Counted from the stretch's first letter, positions 28,801 to 37,262 are shown. The stretch: DNA of 64,000 nt from an uncultured Gammaproteobacteria bacterium (GCA_964431805.1 CAYSKV010000002.1:8025-72024), one strand, 5' to 3'. Made by a program: numbers and translations. The notes: generated by a model from the letters alone, not told the origin.

Positions 28801-31800
28801 TCATAGTCTCCATCATTATCTAAATCAGCCAAAGCTGGGACAACATCCAAGCTTGGTATATTTTCCATATCCCAATCGGTTTGCGCTTCCCATCCTTGAA
28901 AAACCGGTGCTCCCTCTCCCGACTCTGTTGGATTAATATATACCGAACCCTGACCGATTCCTGACCCAGTTGGAGTTCCGGAAAAAGTTGCCAAACCGCT
29001 GACTCCCAAAGTGCCAGCTATATTCAACAAGGAAGTTGGGTTATCAGTTCCAATGCCAATATTGCCTGAAGCAGCAATTCTCATTCTTTCAGAGTTATTT
29101 ATAGAAAAAGCAATTGATTGATTTGCAGTGTCTGGAAAATAAATATTATCCAGATAAAAAGTATTGGCCGAATCAGCATTAACTATAGTAATGATAATTT
29201 GATCAATTGCATCCTTGCTGGCATTGACTACTCCGGAAATATCCCAGGTAATATTTTGAAAAGCATTTGCCGAAGTCAAATCAGGAGTGATTTCAGTGGT
29301 TGTGCCTCCGCTGTCATGTAAACCAATTTTTATATTTGATCCGGTGCGATTGGATCTCAGATCGAAATAGATAGTATTTATATTTGAGAGATTCAGGGGA
29401 ACATCTAATGTTCTAGTCAATGTTTTATTCAAGCTGTCTGTAATAGTAGCCTCGCCTCTTAAGGAATATGATCCCTGAGTTTTTATAGTTGATTCTGCAT
29501 AAGCAACCAGATTAGTATCGGAACTTCCATATTCAATGTGCAGCCTGGGAGCTGTGGAAACACCTGCTTCATAGGAATTAGCTGCATATATATAATTTCC
29601 CGAAGTTGATAAATTATCATGATCATCAAAAAATAGCGCCAGATTAGTCACTGCTCCCAAATCAGCAATTTCCTGGATCACACTGGAAATATCCGGAGAA
29701 TTATTCCAGCTACTTGCTGTCCAAGTTGCATCATCCCAGCCGACCTGAGCTGTTGTAATGTTATTATTATTAGCTCCGCCTACTATTGTTCCACGCCTGG
29801 TTTGGTAGTCTGACAAACTGGAAAAGGTGCTTGCTGAAGTGCTTAGTTCTCCGGTTATTTTGGATTTTGTGCCACTGCCGCCAATCTGAGGCAAGCCCCT
29901 AACTGCATAGAAACTTAGATAGGCACTTGTTATAGTAACTCCTTCAGGAATATTAACTCCGGCGAAACGCAAACCAGAACCTACTCTATCAATTGAAGCG
30001 AATGATTCCAGTGTTCCGGCTCCTGCTAAGCCTATGCTGGTATCAAAGAGCCAAGAACCTGAATTATAATATCCTAAACCATCATCTGTGTCTGCGCTTA
30101 CTTGTGCGTCAATTGTGCCGGTAGGTCCGGAGTTTTCACTTTCATAATCTGTCGGATTTTCTGCATTGTCAATAAAATCACCCGCTGATTGGGTGGTTAA
30201 AGAAATACTATTCCCAGCAGTAGTTAGTAAACCAGCCGAATTAATATAAAGACCTTCCGTTCCAACACCTAATCTATTATTTACATAATCCCAATAAAAA
30301 TTAGGGTTGTCTTGCGCAAGATTACCATCAGCATCAATGAATAAAACTGATTCAGGGGTACCATAAATAACTTCATTACCGATAGCAAGTATGCCTAAAG
30401 TCGAAGTCGCTACCCATTGCGTTGTTAAACCGGTAGTTTGCAAAACCATACCATTCGTTCCGGCGGCTGACAAAGAATCATAAAATGCTCCGGTCAAAGC
30501 CATATTACCGGCGACGGATAACGATTGAAATGGAGAGGTTGTGCCGATTCCGATGTTGCCGTTTGAATCAATCCTCATCCATTCTGTGCCGGCAGTAGAA
30601 AATTTTAGTTGGTCGTTATCAGCGCCGGCAGAATCTTCGGCAGTTATTTTTGTATCTTGATCAACGTCAATCACGCCGCCGAGTGATCCCCAGGAAGTAT
30701 TACCATAACCTTCAAATTGAGAAGTTTCTGAATTATATCTAATAGCGCCGGTGATTGAAGTCGGACGCTCGGCCGTTGTACCAACCGGTATAATTAAACC
30801 ATCAGTACCAACAATATGAAAAATAGTTTGTGGGCTCGTTGTCCCAATTCCCACATTCCCACCGTCTAAAATGGTAAAGACTTCGTTAGCGCCATCAAAG
30901 AGGTTAATAATATCTCCATCACCGTCTTGTCTTACGGTTAGAGCTGTAGTTGAGCTGGCAGAATTAAGGGTTAATTCTCTGAGGTTAAGAATCATTTGGT
31001 CGGTGGTTGAACTATTGCCAAAAGTTAGAATGTCGTTGATGGTATCAATGTTGATGTTGTCATTAGTCCCGTCGCCCACGGTTAGAGCTGAAGTTGAGGC
31101 TACATCTAAATCTAGAGCGCCGTTTAAATCTATGTCGCCATTAAACTGAGAGGTGCCAGAATGGTTTAAGCTTCCGGTAATCGTCACTATGTCGTCGCTG
31201 GTGTTAACCGAGAAAGTGTCGTTAGTGCCGTCACCCACGGTTAGGGCCAGGCCATTTTGGTCTATGTTTAAGAGATTATTTAAATCAACCATGCCAGCGA
31301 TTAAAACATGTTCGCCGTTTAGATAAGTGTCACCGGCTACGGTTAGGCCGCCTTCGCCGGCTGATAGGCTTTGCGAACCGACTGGCCCGGTAGAGCCTAA
31401 ACTCGGAACTTCAGTATGGCCGGCTGAGAAAGTGCCGGTGACATAAGTGTTGTTGTTGATTATTTGAGTACCGGTGATTAATGAACCGTCGGTAATAGTA
31501 ACTCCGTTTAGTTTAATTGAACCGGTCACTATTAGATCTTTTACTGTTAGAGCAGAATTAAATACTGCGTCCCCTAGAAATTCGCTAGCGCCTGAAACAG
31601 TTAGTTTGTCTTTTAGTTTAGTCGCACCAGAGACATTTAATGCGCCGCCGACAGTGGTATCGCCGATGATGGAGAGATTTTTGGGGGTGGGAGCAACTAC
31701 CTGCCTTACTGGTGAACTATTTTGGACTATGGTAGTTTGATTAACTATTTTTTCTGTGGTGGTTGGAGATTGTTCAACCGCCTGTCCCGTACCGGCCTTA

Positions 31801-33464
31801 CCACTACCAATTTCAATTAAATAATATTTGGCATATTTATTTTTAAGAGATTTTGGAAAAATTATATCTATAAATTTAGAATACAGATCATGAAGCGACC
31901 ATAAAGAACGACCGGCTTCGCTAGTTAAATAATTTTTGCCGTTACTATTATACTCTTGAATTGAACCTCCGATTTGTTGCGCTGAATTATTAGTTTGATT
32001 AATTGCGTTTCCTGCCTGGGCTAATTTAGCTTGGCCGTTTTTTGAAACTAACCCAACGCCTTTAGCCGTGGCCAAAGTAAGCTTGGCTAATTTACGACCA
32101 AAGTCTAAAGATAATTCTTTTTGTCGATCGCCTAAGTCTTCTAAAACTACGCTTGCATTATATTTTGTTTGATTAATAACTTCTTGCCCGCGTCGCGAAG
32201 TTGTATTAGCTAAAGCTAAAAGGCGTGGCATCGGCGAAGAAGTAAAAGAAGCAGTTTCCGATACGCCCGCAACCTTGCCTTGTCTTTTATTTGATTCGGT
32301 TTGTTCTGGTTTAGAATTAACTTCTTGTATTAAATAAGCTATTTCACCAACCGATTCACCTTGATAATTTACAAAACTTTTTAAAATAGCTAAACTGCTC
32401 TGACCAAAATTTACAATTTCATCTGGTAAAATTGTTAAACCTAAATTTAAACCGCTAAATTCATTTTTAGCTAACTGAAAAAGCGGATTAACATTTTTTT
32501 GATATTGAACCTGCCAAAAACCAGTAATAAATAATGCCTGATCTTTTACCGCGCCTAATTTTAAGGCTAAAATCTGATTGCGGCGCTTAAAATTATTTTC
32601 TAATTTTAAGCTTGAAGCGCTAATACGGTCAGCTAAAGTTAAAAACAAGCTATCTAAAGAATTCTTGCTTTCCTGAACTAATTCTTTGCCTGGAATTATT
32701 TTATTAGCGCCAATTTTAATACTGGGAGTAAAAACATTAAAAGAAATTAAAGCCAAAACAATAATAATGGTTACTAAGGCGGTTTTAAACAAACGAGGAA
32801 AAAAACTTAAATTTTTCTTATTAGAAAAAAATTCTTTTTCAGTTTTTATTTTTTTAACGACAGAGCCTTGCTGAGTTAAAAAATCTTTAGCTTCTTGATG
32901 TAAATTTTCTTGCCATTTAACTTTAAGCCTAATTTCCGGTTCAACAAAGTCGGCGATAAATTTAGCTTCGGGAGTAATAATTTTATTATTTAAAATTTCC
33001 TCTAGCTTATTTAATGAAATTTCGTCTGCGGTATAACCTTTTTCTTTAACACTTTTTTGAACAATTTTATTTTCCTCGTCAACCTTTTTAACGGCAGAAT
33101 CTATTTTTTCTTGTTTAGTTTGATCGGCAAATTTTTCTTTGACCGCCCGCTCAACTAAATTATCAATCTGACTTTTTAATTTAGCCGAAGCTACAGACTC
33201 GGAAATAAGTTGTTTATTAGAAACTTTATTAGACGACAATTCTTGAACCGCTTCCGAAGATAGTCTTTTTTCGTCTCGAGCATGCAGCCCTAAATATTGA
33301 TCAAACCATTCTTTAGTCGAATAATATTTATTACCAATTTTTTTAGCCTTTAATTTTTTTCGTTGCACTAAAATAGAAACATAGCCAAAACTATAAGAAC
33401 TAGCCTCGGCTATCCTTTTTAAAGGTATTAGTTTTTTGTAATCATCAGATTGTGAGCGACGCAT
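19833..33464 (-). CDS. Giant (4543 aa) mosaic cell-surface protein. Domain order: N-terminal HTH-like segment, TM anchor, beta-helix/tail-fibre-like repeats, FG-GAP/VCBS-like Asp repeats, two discoidin-like modules, YadA-head-like repeats, C-terminal FGE-sulfatase/C-type-lectin-like domain
   Basis: A single uninterrupted 13.6-kb ORF in the track. Motifs read from the translation: IPLKRIAEASSYSFGYVSILVQRKKLKAKKIG (N-terminus); LFKTALVTIIIVLALISFNVF (TM); about 20 copies of GN[VI]GIGTT[ST]P; five DLD[ND]DGD[YF]DL-type repeats; NQRFHIDLGS...IYYENAH...NTAYRYYAFKFAD (twice); AFGxxA repeats; C-terminal ..GYHLIGENEWLTIAENI..VSEWT..NVGFRCTK. Confidence 0.85.
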   Translation of the reverse strand: MRRSQSDDYKKLIPLKRIAEASSYSFGYVSILVQRKKLKAKKIGNKYYSTKEWFDQYLGLHARDEKRLSSEAVQELSSNKVSNKQLISESVASAKLKSQIDNLVERAVKEKFADQTKQEKIDSAVKKVDEENKIVQKSVKEKGYTADEISLNKLEEILNNKIITPEAKFIADFVEPEIRLKVKWQENLHQEAKDFLTQQGSVVKKIKTEKEFFSNKKNLSFFPRLFKTALVTIIIVLALISFNVFTPSIKIGANKIIPGKELVQESKNSLDSLFLTLADRISASSLKLENNFKRRNQILALKLGAVKDQALFITGFWQVQYQKNVNPLFQLAKNEFSGLNLGLTILPDEIVNFGQSSLAILKSFVNYQGESVGEIAYLIQEVNSKPEQTESNKRQGKVAGVSETASFTSSPMPRLLALANTTSRRGQEVINQTKYNASVVLEDLGDRQKELSLDFGRKLAKLTLATAKGVGLVSKNGQAKLAQAGNAINQTNNSAQQIGGSIQEYNSNGKNYLTSEAGRSLWSLHDLYSKFIDIIFPKSLKNKYAKYYLIEIGSGKAGTGQAVEQSPTTTEKIVNQTTIVQNSSPVRQVVAPTPKNLSIIGDTTVGGALNVSGATKLKDKLTVSGASEFLGDAVFNSALTVKDLIVTGSIKLNGVTITDGSLITGTQIINNNTYVTGTFSAGHTEVPSLGSTGPVGSQSLSAGEGGLTVAGDTYLNGEHVLIAGMVDLNNLLNIDQNGLALTVGDGTNDTFSVNTSDDIVTITGSLNHSGTSQFNGDIDLNGALDLDVASTSALTVGDGTNDNINIDTINDILTFGNSSTTDQMILNLRELTLNSASSTTALTVRQDGDGDIINLFDGANEVFTILDGGNVGIGTTSPQTIFHIVGTDGLIIPVGTTAERPTSITGAIRYNSETSQFEGYGNTSWGSLGGVIDVDQDTKITAEDSAGADNDQLKFSTAGTEWMRIDSNGNIGIGTTSPFQSLSVAGNMALTGAFYDSLSAAGTNGMVLQTTGLTTQWVATSTLGILAIGNEVIYGTPESVLFIDADGNLAQDNPNFYWDYVNNRLGVGTEGLYINSAGLLTTAGNSISLTTQSAGDFIDNAENPTDYESENSGPTGTIDAQVSADTDDGLGYYNSGSWLFDTSIGLAGAGTLESFASIDRVGSGLRFAGVNIPEGVTITSAYLSFYAVRGLPQIGGSGTKSKITGELSTSASTFSSLSDYQTRRGTIVGGANNNNITTAQVGWDDATWTASSWNNSPDISSVIQEIADLGAVTNLALFFDDHDNLSTSGNYIYAANSYEAGVSTAPRLHIEYGSSDTNLVAYAESTIKTQGSYSLRGEATITDSLNKTLTRTLDVPLNLSNINTIYFDLRSNRTGSNIKIGLHDSGGTTTEITPDLTSANAFQNITWDISGVVNASKDAIDQIIITIVNADSANTFYLDNIYFPDTANQSIAFSINNSERMRIAASGNIGIGTDNPTSLLNIAGTLGVSGLATFSGTPTGSGIGQGSVYINPTESGEGAPVFQGWEAQTDWDMENIPSLDVVPALADLDNDGDYDLLMNLDGIIGAYENTGSATSPTWTARPEWNVPTDFGSWGYPTVADLDNDGDFDLLVGTTADMAYGVENTGNATSPAWALKTEWNTPVITNTDMNLPTLGDLDGDGDYDLMVGFYNNGGAYIILGYENIGTVSLPSWSAEPSWNIPIPANYAIYPILSDFDDDGDQDLFIGNWLYAANSVYGFENTGDGSAPVWTNNPDWAIAVIGGINIPAFADLDDDGDKDMLLSTRTGIIRGYEQIKEVIHTTIFGVALNGSEMLRVSSDGITNILNGEVTNNLIVSGNVGIGTTEPTARLHLGAGTSAVGTAPLKFTSGTLLTDPEAGVMEFLGDNYYLTITSGYQYQTQYPPEQSATYVRATSENTPQYMAYFATDPNKSLIGDDNNDNWNASNGATTNQRFHIDLGSAKTVTKIYYENAHDSGNYTEAGVRHFTFWGSNDSSAFDDLTYGDDTNWTQLTTLETEFEQHVAANTPDPKYITVENNTAYRYYAFKFADNWGSYFMAVRRIELQQQEGENEAGSRKGIVLNDGVNLVAGRVPFATTNGRLIDTADFVFNGTNLGIGTTSPFARLSVVGDAYIAGNLTATGTITSSGLSVSGDILPSANLTYNIGSSSYRWNEGWFDTLNIGTSTWSIKNSDNGRLSIFDSASGAGNERVSILTNGNVGIGTAAPGYKLSVSDLITNQAYISSEVTNAKGVFTAYSPSANYPRTQFLTGNTASDVNAALVIAPLYSSIGVGKQSFISIDTNKDTLDESHYNAVISVAIDGTTSFLTAKKGGTEVGGGDIIIGPAATERMRITATGNVGIGTTSPYAKLSVVGPAVAEYFNATSTTATSTFAGGLVAGNGSLNVLQNGNIGIGTVSPGYKLDVNGSIRLGDIATPSHVWVIPTTGEMAHYYSTETQPRTIFDRDFNGATQDGWFFGSGGSSTIDATAVGIARSGTRKLGLFTSDGSTRQERFTIDGNGYVGIGTTSPYAKLSVENTLGGLAPLFTIASSTVGAATSTYLTVASNGNVGVGTTNPTTAVEISGLYPELTITGTNSSLYHGGALVLNTSADVKRGQGLYMFNGSSDTEWFSGRPYDNISSDYYVVGRKSSVSAHDRETAATSHAFLTITNTGNVGIGTTSPYQTLSVSGNMALTGAFYDSLSSAGTNGMILKTTGSATEWVATSTLFTAGVSTLPTGTNGQTLTYQNSAWTATSSLYIEANGNIGVGVTSPSAFLHLAAGTTTAGAAPLKFTAGTLLATSEAGAIEFDGNSFYGSINSNGFVSNYPLAYSDTYVKATSIYDASYWPYYATNPSLSVTGSQQNNNSWVGANGSITNQRFHIDLGSSMVVTRIYYENAHHYGGSTGGGVKNFTLWGSNDANAFAELTYGIDTNWTQLTTSQSTFDQHVAADQADPKYINVTNNTAYRYYAFKFADRWSTESWMGVRRIELQSGSVVGDRKGFVLNDGIDLISGRIPFATTNGRLTDNANFVFDGTNLGVGTTSPYQTLSVAGNMALTGALYDSLSSAGTNGMILKTTGSATEWVATSTLFTAGIDSLPIGATGQTLTYQNSAWTATSSLYIASNGNVGIGTTSPNSLLYLQSDNPKITLDDNYATLRSYSIRTHGGNFYLKDETIGADVITVLPSTAIGGGLIIDPYSNVSGLNPGSTSYATRLSSAANNHFVFDLLNNDINDAIAFRYSAGLTSTVDTIGFVMKGSGNVGIGTTTPNTLLDVYSSAAVSTSGQNVLKLQAAVASATVGSGPRIVFTGNGTSSGSELADIRGYTFGAGATGLAFGTGFGAVTTKMVIDNSGDVSIGSTTPYAKLSVTNTGTGPSFIVEDSTSPDATPFIIDASGNVGIGTTTPNTLLDVYSSAAVSTSGQNVLKLQAAVASATVGSGPRIVFTGNGTSSGSELADIRGYTFGAGATGLAFGTGFGAVTTKMVIDNSGDVGIGTTNPSYSLDVAGTFRASSTSNAIFGNGSTGGISLGDGSITKSSGVNFTFNSGVTANSFSTTGSISAYGGTIGVDTTSGYYIAFNNAGLGAGRIGVSSSAGTGIFGNGGLTYATVFGTDNATPLQFFTNDTARMTIDSTSGNVGIGTTSPYAKLSVENTLGGSAPLFVVASSTAGAATSTYLTVASNGNVGIGTTSPTSRLSIIGSGSTSSTYSFNVNNSSGNNIIMARDDNRVKIGQSYDTTISKTLEVAGNFNFDTVANPTNAQTQGMVLTNSGAGSIPAGTYYYAVAFGTADGDTGGASYTIFPTITSASDFSVSISNIPTSTDPRVTKRKIYRSQAGTVGDYYYLYYIGTINDNTTTTYSDNSAMDTTATDWIYNKNNTTAGIIYRDGVVFGRLGNYVTAFGNGAMPVVTRGSTSSAFGSGALAALTTGNDNDAFGNGAVASLISGIGNAGFGYATLQGNQTGSSNAAFGQNALRNNSNYSYSFNNAFGSHALFGLTTNNNSNNALGYGAGRNAQGSYGTYLGYAAGYQASATTVGNYNIVIGSDSGSVLGSGANNILIGKDVELTSPTTSNQLNIGNLIFATGMDGTGTTLSTGKVGIGSTTPYAKLSVTNTGTGPSFIVEDSTSPDATPFIIDASGNVGIGTTSPQALLTVGSSTPVYLLAGDKYNSAYISGLLEVGGTGTSTIASNLDVLGTLHATNSYVGDLIFANNFRFTEAASGITPQALFLQNQNGENIMSFDENGSIIIGKDSVSEPGQEPEVKIVELTEITASSTKTAFIVNQSGSGDIADFQANGVSIMNIAQSGEVKVAGSMLVDGRIMLCAGGYCSNALDSAVDETMADLGVEGKVVAGAFEGYCEDGFVWVPGSAKYGTLPGFCVQADLMKDELDQIKTNISQGEAQIACQTLGTGYHLIGENEWLTIAENILQNPDNDSDTNIAGMQLATTSISYKLNNDNLINNLVGEVSEWTDSNITQDDTINPLSDEWQEYNLISSFKSLQYLKPAYYLTSSNNGIGKILTGAGDVPVRGFIRGFDGIYSLDLSHSPAEQNNNVGFRCTK
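21085..21214. repeat. 130-bp exact repeat (copy A') inside the giant gene
   Basis: By eye, the stretch ccgacattgcctgaagcgtcaataatgaacggcgtagcgtcggg...gagccgatgc is identical to 23302-23431. Confidence 0.85.
23025..23708. repeat. Perfect tandem duplication X-A-X (period 408 bp) inside the giant gene; the X block is conspicuously GC-rich
   Basis: By eye, 23025-23300 is identical to 23433-23708 (276 bp). This also explains the two identical antisense 61-aa ORFs in the track (23045.. and 23453..). The 130-bp block 23302-23431 between them recurs at 21085-21214. Confidence 0.9.
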
Positions 33465-33804
33465 GGGGATGTATCGTTTTGAGCTTACTTTTTATTTTTT
33501 CAGCTCGGGAACTATAATTAATATATTTATTTAATTTTAGAGCAAACTTACTTTAATGATTATCAAATGCTTATCAATTTTATGTCTTTATTATAACATA
33601 AAAACGCCTAAAATTATATGTTTTATTTGGTTTAAAATGTTTAAACTATTATTTTAATCTTATACTTTAAAATGTCACCACTTTTTAATGCAAAACTGAT
33701 TAGATAGCTATTACTTTTAGACTTACATTAGGTTAAATTTTAAGGCTTAATTTTAAAACTGCTTTTTAAAAAAAATTGATCGCACACAAACATAAATCTA
33801 ATAA

Positions 33805-33834
33805 ACAAAAAATCGCCATGAGCTCGGCGATTTA
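33805..33834 (-). terminator. Rho-independent terminator after the O-antigen-ligase-like gene
   Basis: The minus strand reads AAATCGCC-gagctcat-GGCGATTT followed by TTTGTTTAT. Confidence 0.6.
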
Positions 33835-33877
33835 TTAAAACATTTTTTAATTGATTTATCCACAGCTAAAGACTTCT

Positions 33878-35218
33878 TTAAACGACATCGTTAAATTTTA
33901 AACTTTTTCTTTTTTCGCTTTCTACCATCCCTAGAATAAACCAAAAAAATAATATACCAAAATGTAAACTAAAGAGCCAATGATCAATAGACATTAAAAT
34001 AATCAATACAATTAAACTTGTGACTGCTACGTTATTACGAAAATTAAAACATCTTAAAATTAAATATATTATTAACCCAAGAAAAAATAATAACCCGAAG
34101 ATTCCGGTCTCCGCCCATATCAATAAAAACACATTATGAGTTGGTTGATAATAAAAATTTTCTTGATTTGGTATTTGGCGGCTTAAAGCTAGGGTGTAAT
34201 TACCTAAACCAACTCCGGTTATCGGATATTTTTTTATTATCCCTATAGCCTCGTGATATGAAGCAACTCTTTCTACTTTTGATTTTATTTCTAGCCGCGA
34301 ATTATTCGTTAATCTAGTTATAACTAATTCGTTGTATTGAAAAAATAAAATACCAATTAAAATACTGGAAAATAAAATAGCGGTTAGCATTTCTTTCTGT
34401 GATTTTAAATCTCGCCTGATTAGAAAACTGATTAACATAAAAAATCCTCCAGCTAAAACCGCTAACCAGGCTCCGCGAGAAAAACTAAAAAATAAAGCCA
34501 CGGAAAATATTGCTAAAAATATCCAATTAACTATTTTAAAAAATTTAACATTAAAAATTTGTCTTGCAACCATCTGTCCAATTAACAATAATATTCCGAT
34601 CGCTAAAATGCCGCCTAACATATTCGGATGATCAAGTCCGCCATAAGCTCTTAACCATCTTTCGCCAATACCGTCTCTGGCTACAAATTCAACCACCGAA
34701 GTTCCGAGTTGCGCCGGATCATGCGTAGCTAAACCTAACCACTTATTAGAAAAACTTGATTGATTAAAAAATTGCCAGATACCTAAAATCGCTTGTAAAA
34801 AAATTCCAGCGAGCGCCGCGTAAATCAATTTTAATTTTTCATAATTAACGTTCGCAATAAGCCAAAACAATCCCACGCCTAATATTAACCAACTAAATTT
34901 ATATAAAGCCAATAATTTATTGGCCGCCAATAAGCCGGAAATAGCTGAAATTAATAAAAATCCGCCTAAAAACCAGTCAATAACTCTACTATTATGAGAA
35001 TCCAAACCATTTTCATTGCGGGTTTGGCCAGCGACCAAGGAATAAAATACCCAAACAACATATAGTAATAAAACTAAAATCAATAATATATCTACTCCAT
35101 ATAAACTATACGTTTGATATTCATTAAAGCCGGCTTTAATAATCCAGCGGGTTTGCAAAGGCAATAAAAAAACTAATAAATATAAACCGTATTCAATTGT
35201 TTTAGAAAAATATTTCAT
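33878..35218 (-). CDS. O-antigen ligase / Wzy-like polytopic membrane protein
   Basis: 446 aa with about 10-12 TM helices and a central loop ..FSFSRGAWLAVLAGGFF.. typical of the Wzy_C/O-antigen ligase family. Confidence 0.65.
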   Translation of the reverse strand: MKYFSKTIEYGLYLLVFLLPLQTRWIIKAGFNEYQTYSLYGVDILLILVLLLYVVWVFYSLVAGQTRNENGLDSHNSRVIDWFLGGFLLISAISGLLAANKLLALYKFSWLILGVGLFWLIANVNYEKLKLIYAALAGIFLQAILGIWQFFNQSSFSNKWLGLATHDPAQLGTSVVEFVARDGIGERWLRAYGGLDHPNMLGGILAIGILLLIGQMVARQIFNVKFFKIVNWIFLAIFSVALFFSFSRGAWLAVLAGGFFMLISFLIRRDLKSQKEMLTAILFSSILIGILFFQYNELVITRLTNNSRLEIKSKVERVASYHEAIGIIKKYPITGVGLGNYTLALSRQIPNQENFYYQPTHNVFLLIWAETGIFGLLFFLGLIIYLILRCFNFRNNVAVTSLIVLIILMSIDHWLFSLHFGILFFWFILGMVESEKRKSLKFNDVV

Positions 35219-35222
35219 AATT

Positions 35223-36164
35223 CTACATTAGCCTCTTCATGGTTTCGCTAAATTTATTACGATATTCTTCTCGCCTATCATTCGCGTGCAATTTAATAAC
35301 TTGATCATTAATTACTACTCGGCTATCCTGATTCATTAAATTTTTTAACTGCGGCGGCAGCCATCTTAGTTGTAATTCTTTAAATTGCGGCTCTAAACCA
35401 CCGATAAATAAACTGACTAAATCATGATAAAATTCTGATAACACTGGCTTAACCCGCCTTTGATTTAAAGAGTTAATCGGCTGCCAATTAGGTAAATACT
35501 CTTTTAGCCATAAATTAGCGCCAATAAATTTTTCATAAACTCCGCCATTATCAAAAATTGGCGTTAGTCCGGCCAGCCAATAAATAAAATAAATATCATT
35601 GCTATTTAAAGCTTCTTTATCTTTAAGCATCAATCCGTTAAGATCCATAGCCTTCGCGCCCACATAAAAACTTAAACAAATTTTATCGCGCGACTTACCT
35701 GGCCGCGGCCTTAAACCCAATATTTTAGTAACGCCAGCGCAAAAAAATCTAGTCAGCCAAATTTGTTTATCTTCGGTAATAATAAAAAAATCAATATCGC
35801 TATTATCCTTTAGATTATGCGCCCCGAGTAAATTACCAATCGCAATCATTTTTATCCAAGGAATAAATTTAAAAATTTTTGAAGCTAGCATGGCGCGCTT
35901 AAATTTTCTATCGGTAAAATTATAACGACTCAATCTTTCTTTAATATTTTTTTCTTGACCGACTAAAAAGTAAAAACCATTACTGGTTTCAATCTTGTCT
36001 ATTCCGTCGTCCAATACTTTCATTACTTCAACTAGCTCGCATTTTAAACTTAAATTAAGCCAAACTTCTTTTAAAGTTAGCGGATAATCAAACATATCAA
36101 AAAAAGCAACCACTTTTATGATCGCCTCCTTTAAATTAGAATTATTTTCCATGCTGTTGTTCAT
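35223..36164 (-). CDS. Hypothetical protein with putative minimal nucleotidyltransferase (Pol-beta superfamily) motif
   Basis: 313 aa. The stretch IGNLLGAHNLKDNSDIDFFII fits G[GS]-x9-13-D-x-D. The overall family is not recognised. Confidence 0.4.
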   Translation of the reverse strand: MNNSMENNSNLKEAIIKVVAFFDMFDYPLTLKEVWLNLSLKCELVEVMKVLDDGIDKIETSNGFYFLVGQEKNIKERLSRYNFTDRKFKRAMLASKIFKFIPWIKMIAIGNLLGAHNLKDNSDIDFFIITEDKQIWLTRFFCAGVTKILGLRPRPGKSRDKICLSFYVGAKAMDLNGLMLKDKEALNSNDIYFIYWLAGLTPIFDNGGVYEKFIGANLWLKEYLPNWQPINSLNQRRVKPVLSEFYHDLVSLFIGGLEPQFKELQLRWLPPQLKNLMNQDSRVVINDQVIKLHANDRREEYRNKFSETMKRLM

Positions 36165-36170
36165 AATAAT

Positions 36171-37262
36171 TTATTCAACCTGCGGTTTATCAACGGCTAA
36201 TGGTTCAATTTTTGCTTCTCCGCCTGTTATTTTCGCTACATCCTTATCAATTAAATTAAATTGTTTATGGGCGTTATTATAATGGCTTACCGTAGTTGAT
36301 AAGCTAGAGCCAACTTTTTTAAAATACTCATCGTAGCCATATAAATGCCTGCCCAACTTTTCAACTCCGCTTCTAATTTCTTTAGCGCTTTCCTCAATTT
36401 GCATAGCGCGAAGTCCTTGCATAACGGTTTGCAAATAAGCTAAAAATGACGTGGGCGAAACAATAATTACTTTATATTCTCCAGCGGCTCGCTGAATTAA
36501 ACTATTGGTATCTTCATCATGCAGCATGCCAACTTTATTTACTAATAAATCATAGTAAATTGATTCATGCGGTATAAACATAAAAGCAAAATCCATAGTT
36601 TTTTCTCCTGGCTTAATATATTTTGCCGTTTCTTTTATGCGCTGCTTTAAATCATTAACAAATATTTTTTCCAACCGCGCTCTTTCGGTTTCATTTCTTT
36701 CTTCTACTAAACGATTATAATTTTCTAAAGAAAATTTTGAATCAATCGGAATAACTTTATCTTTAACAAAAACTACCGCATCAACTATATCTCCATTTTT
36801 AAATTTATATTGCATTTCATAACTTCCTGGCGGTAAAACATTTTTTAAAAGCGTTTCAAGATAATACTCCCCTAAAATTCCTCTCTGCTTGGGATTTTTT
36901 AAAATATCCTGCAAATTTTGCAATTGGGCGGAAAAATTTACTACTTGTTTATTAGTCTCTTCTAATTTTGTTAGTCCGGCAACAACATCAGCAATTTGCT
37001 TAGCCGACTGTCCGCTTATTCCCTGAACCGTTCTTATGGTTTGATTAATTTGTTCTTGGGTCGCTCGATGGGTTTCTGATAATTTACTATCTATGGTTTG
37101 GCGAAGTTCTTTATTCTGCTCTCCGATCATAGCCAATCTCTCACTCATAACCGCTAATTTTTCATTATCGCCCCCATCCTTACGTTTTATTAGCAAAAAA
37201 ATCACTATAGTCAAACCTAAAGTTAAAATAATAAAAAACAAAATAAATAGATAATTTTCCAT
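36171..37262 (-). CDS. rmuC: DNA recombination protein RmuC
   Basis: 363 aa with an N-terminal TM, a coiled coil and a C-terminal block (..FAFMFIPHESIYYDLL..VIIVSPTSFLAYLQTV..) typical of RmuC. Confidence 0.8.
   Translation of the reverse strand: MENYLFILFFIILTLGLTIVIFLLIKRKDGGDNEKLAVMSERLAMIGEQNKELRQTIDSKLSETHRATQEQINQTIRTVQGISGQSAKQIADVVAGLTKLEETNKQVVNFSAQLQNLQDILKNPKQRGILGEYYLETLLKNVLPPGSYEMQYKFKNGDIVDAVVFVKDKVIPIDSKFSLENYNRLVEERNETERARLEKIFVNDLKQRIKETAKYIKPGEKTMDFAFMFIPHESIYYDLLVNKVGMLHDEDTNSLIQRAAGEYKVIIVSPTSFLAYLQTVMQGLRAMQIEESAKEIRSGVEKLGRHLYGYDEYFKKVGSSLSTTVSHYNNAHKQFNLIDKDVAKITGGEAKIEPLAVDKPQVE

Noticed and set aside
19833-33464. Interpreting the tail-fibre-like giant gene as part of a prophage
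   Set aside because: There is no integrase, terminase, capsid, portal or other phage module nearby. The flanks are housekeeping genes, and the protein has its own TM anchor.
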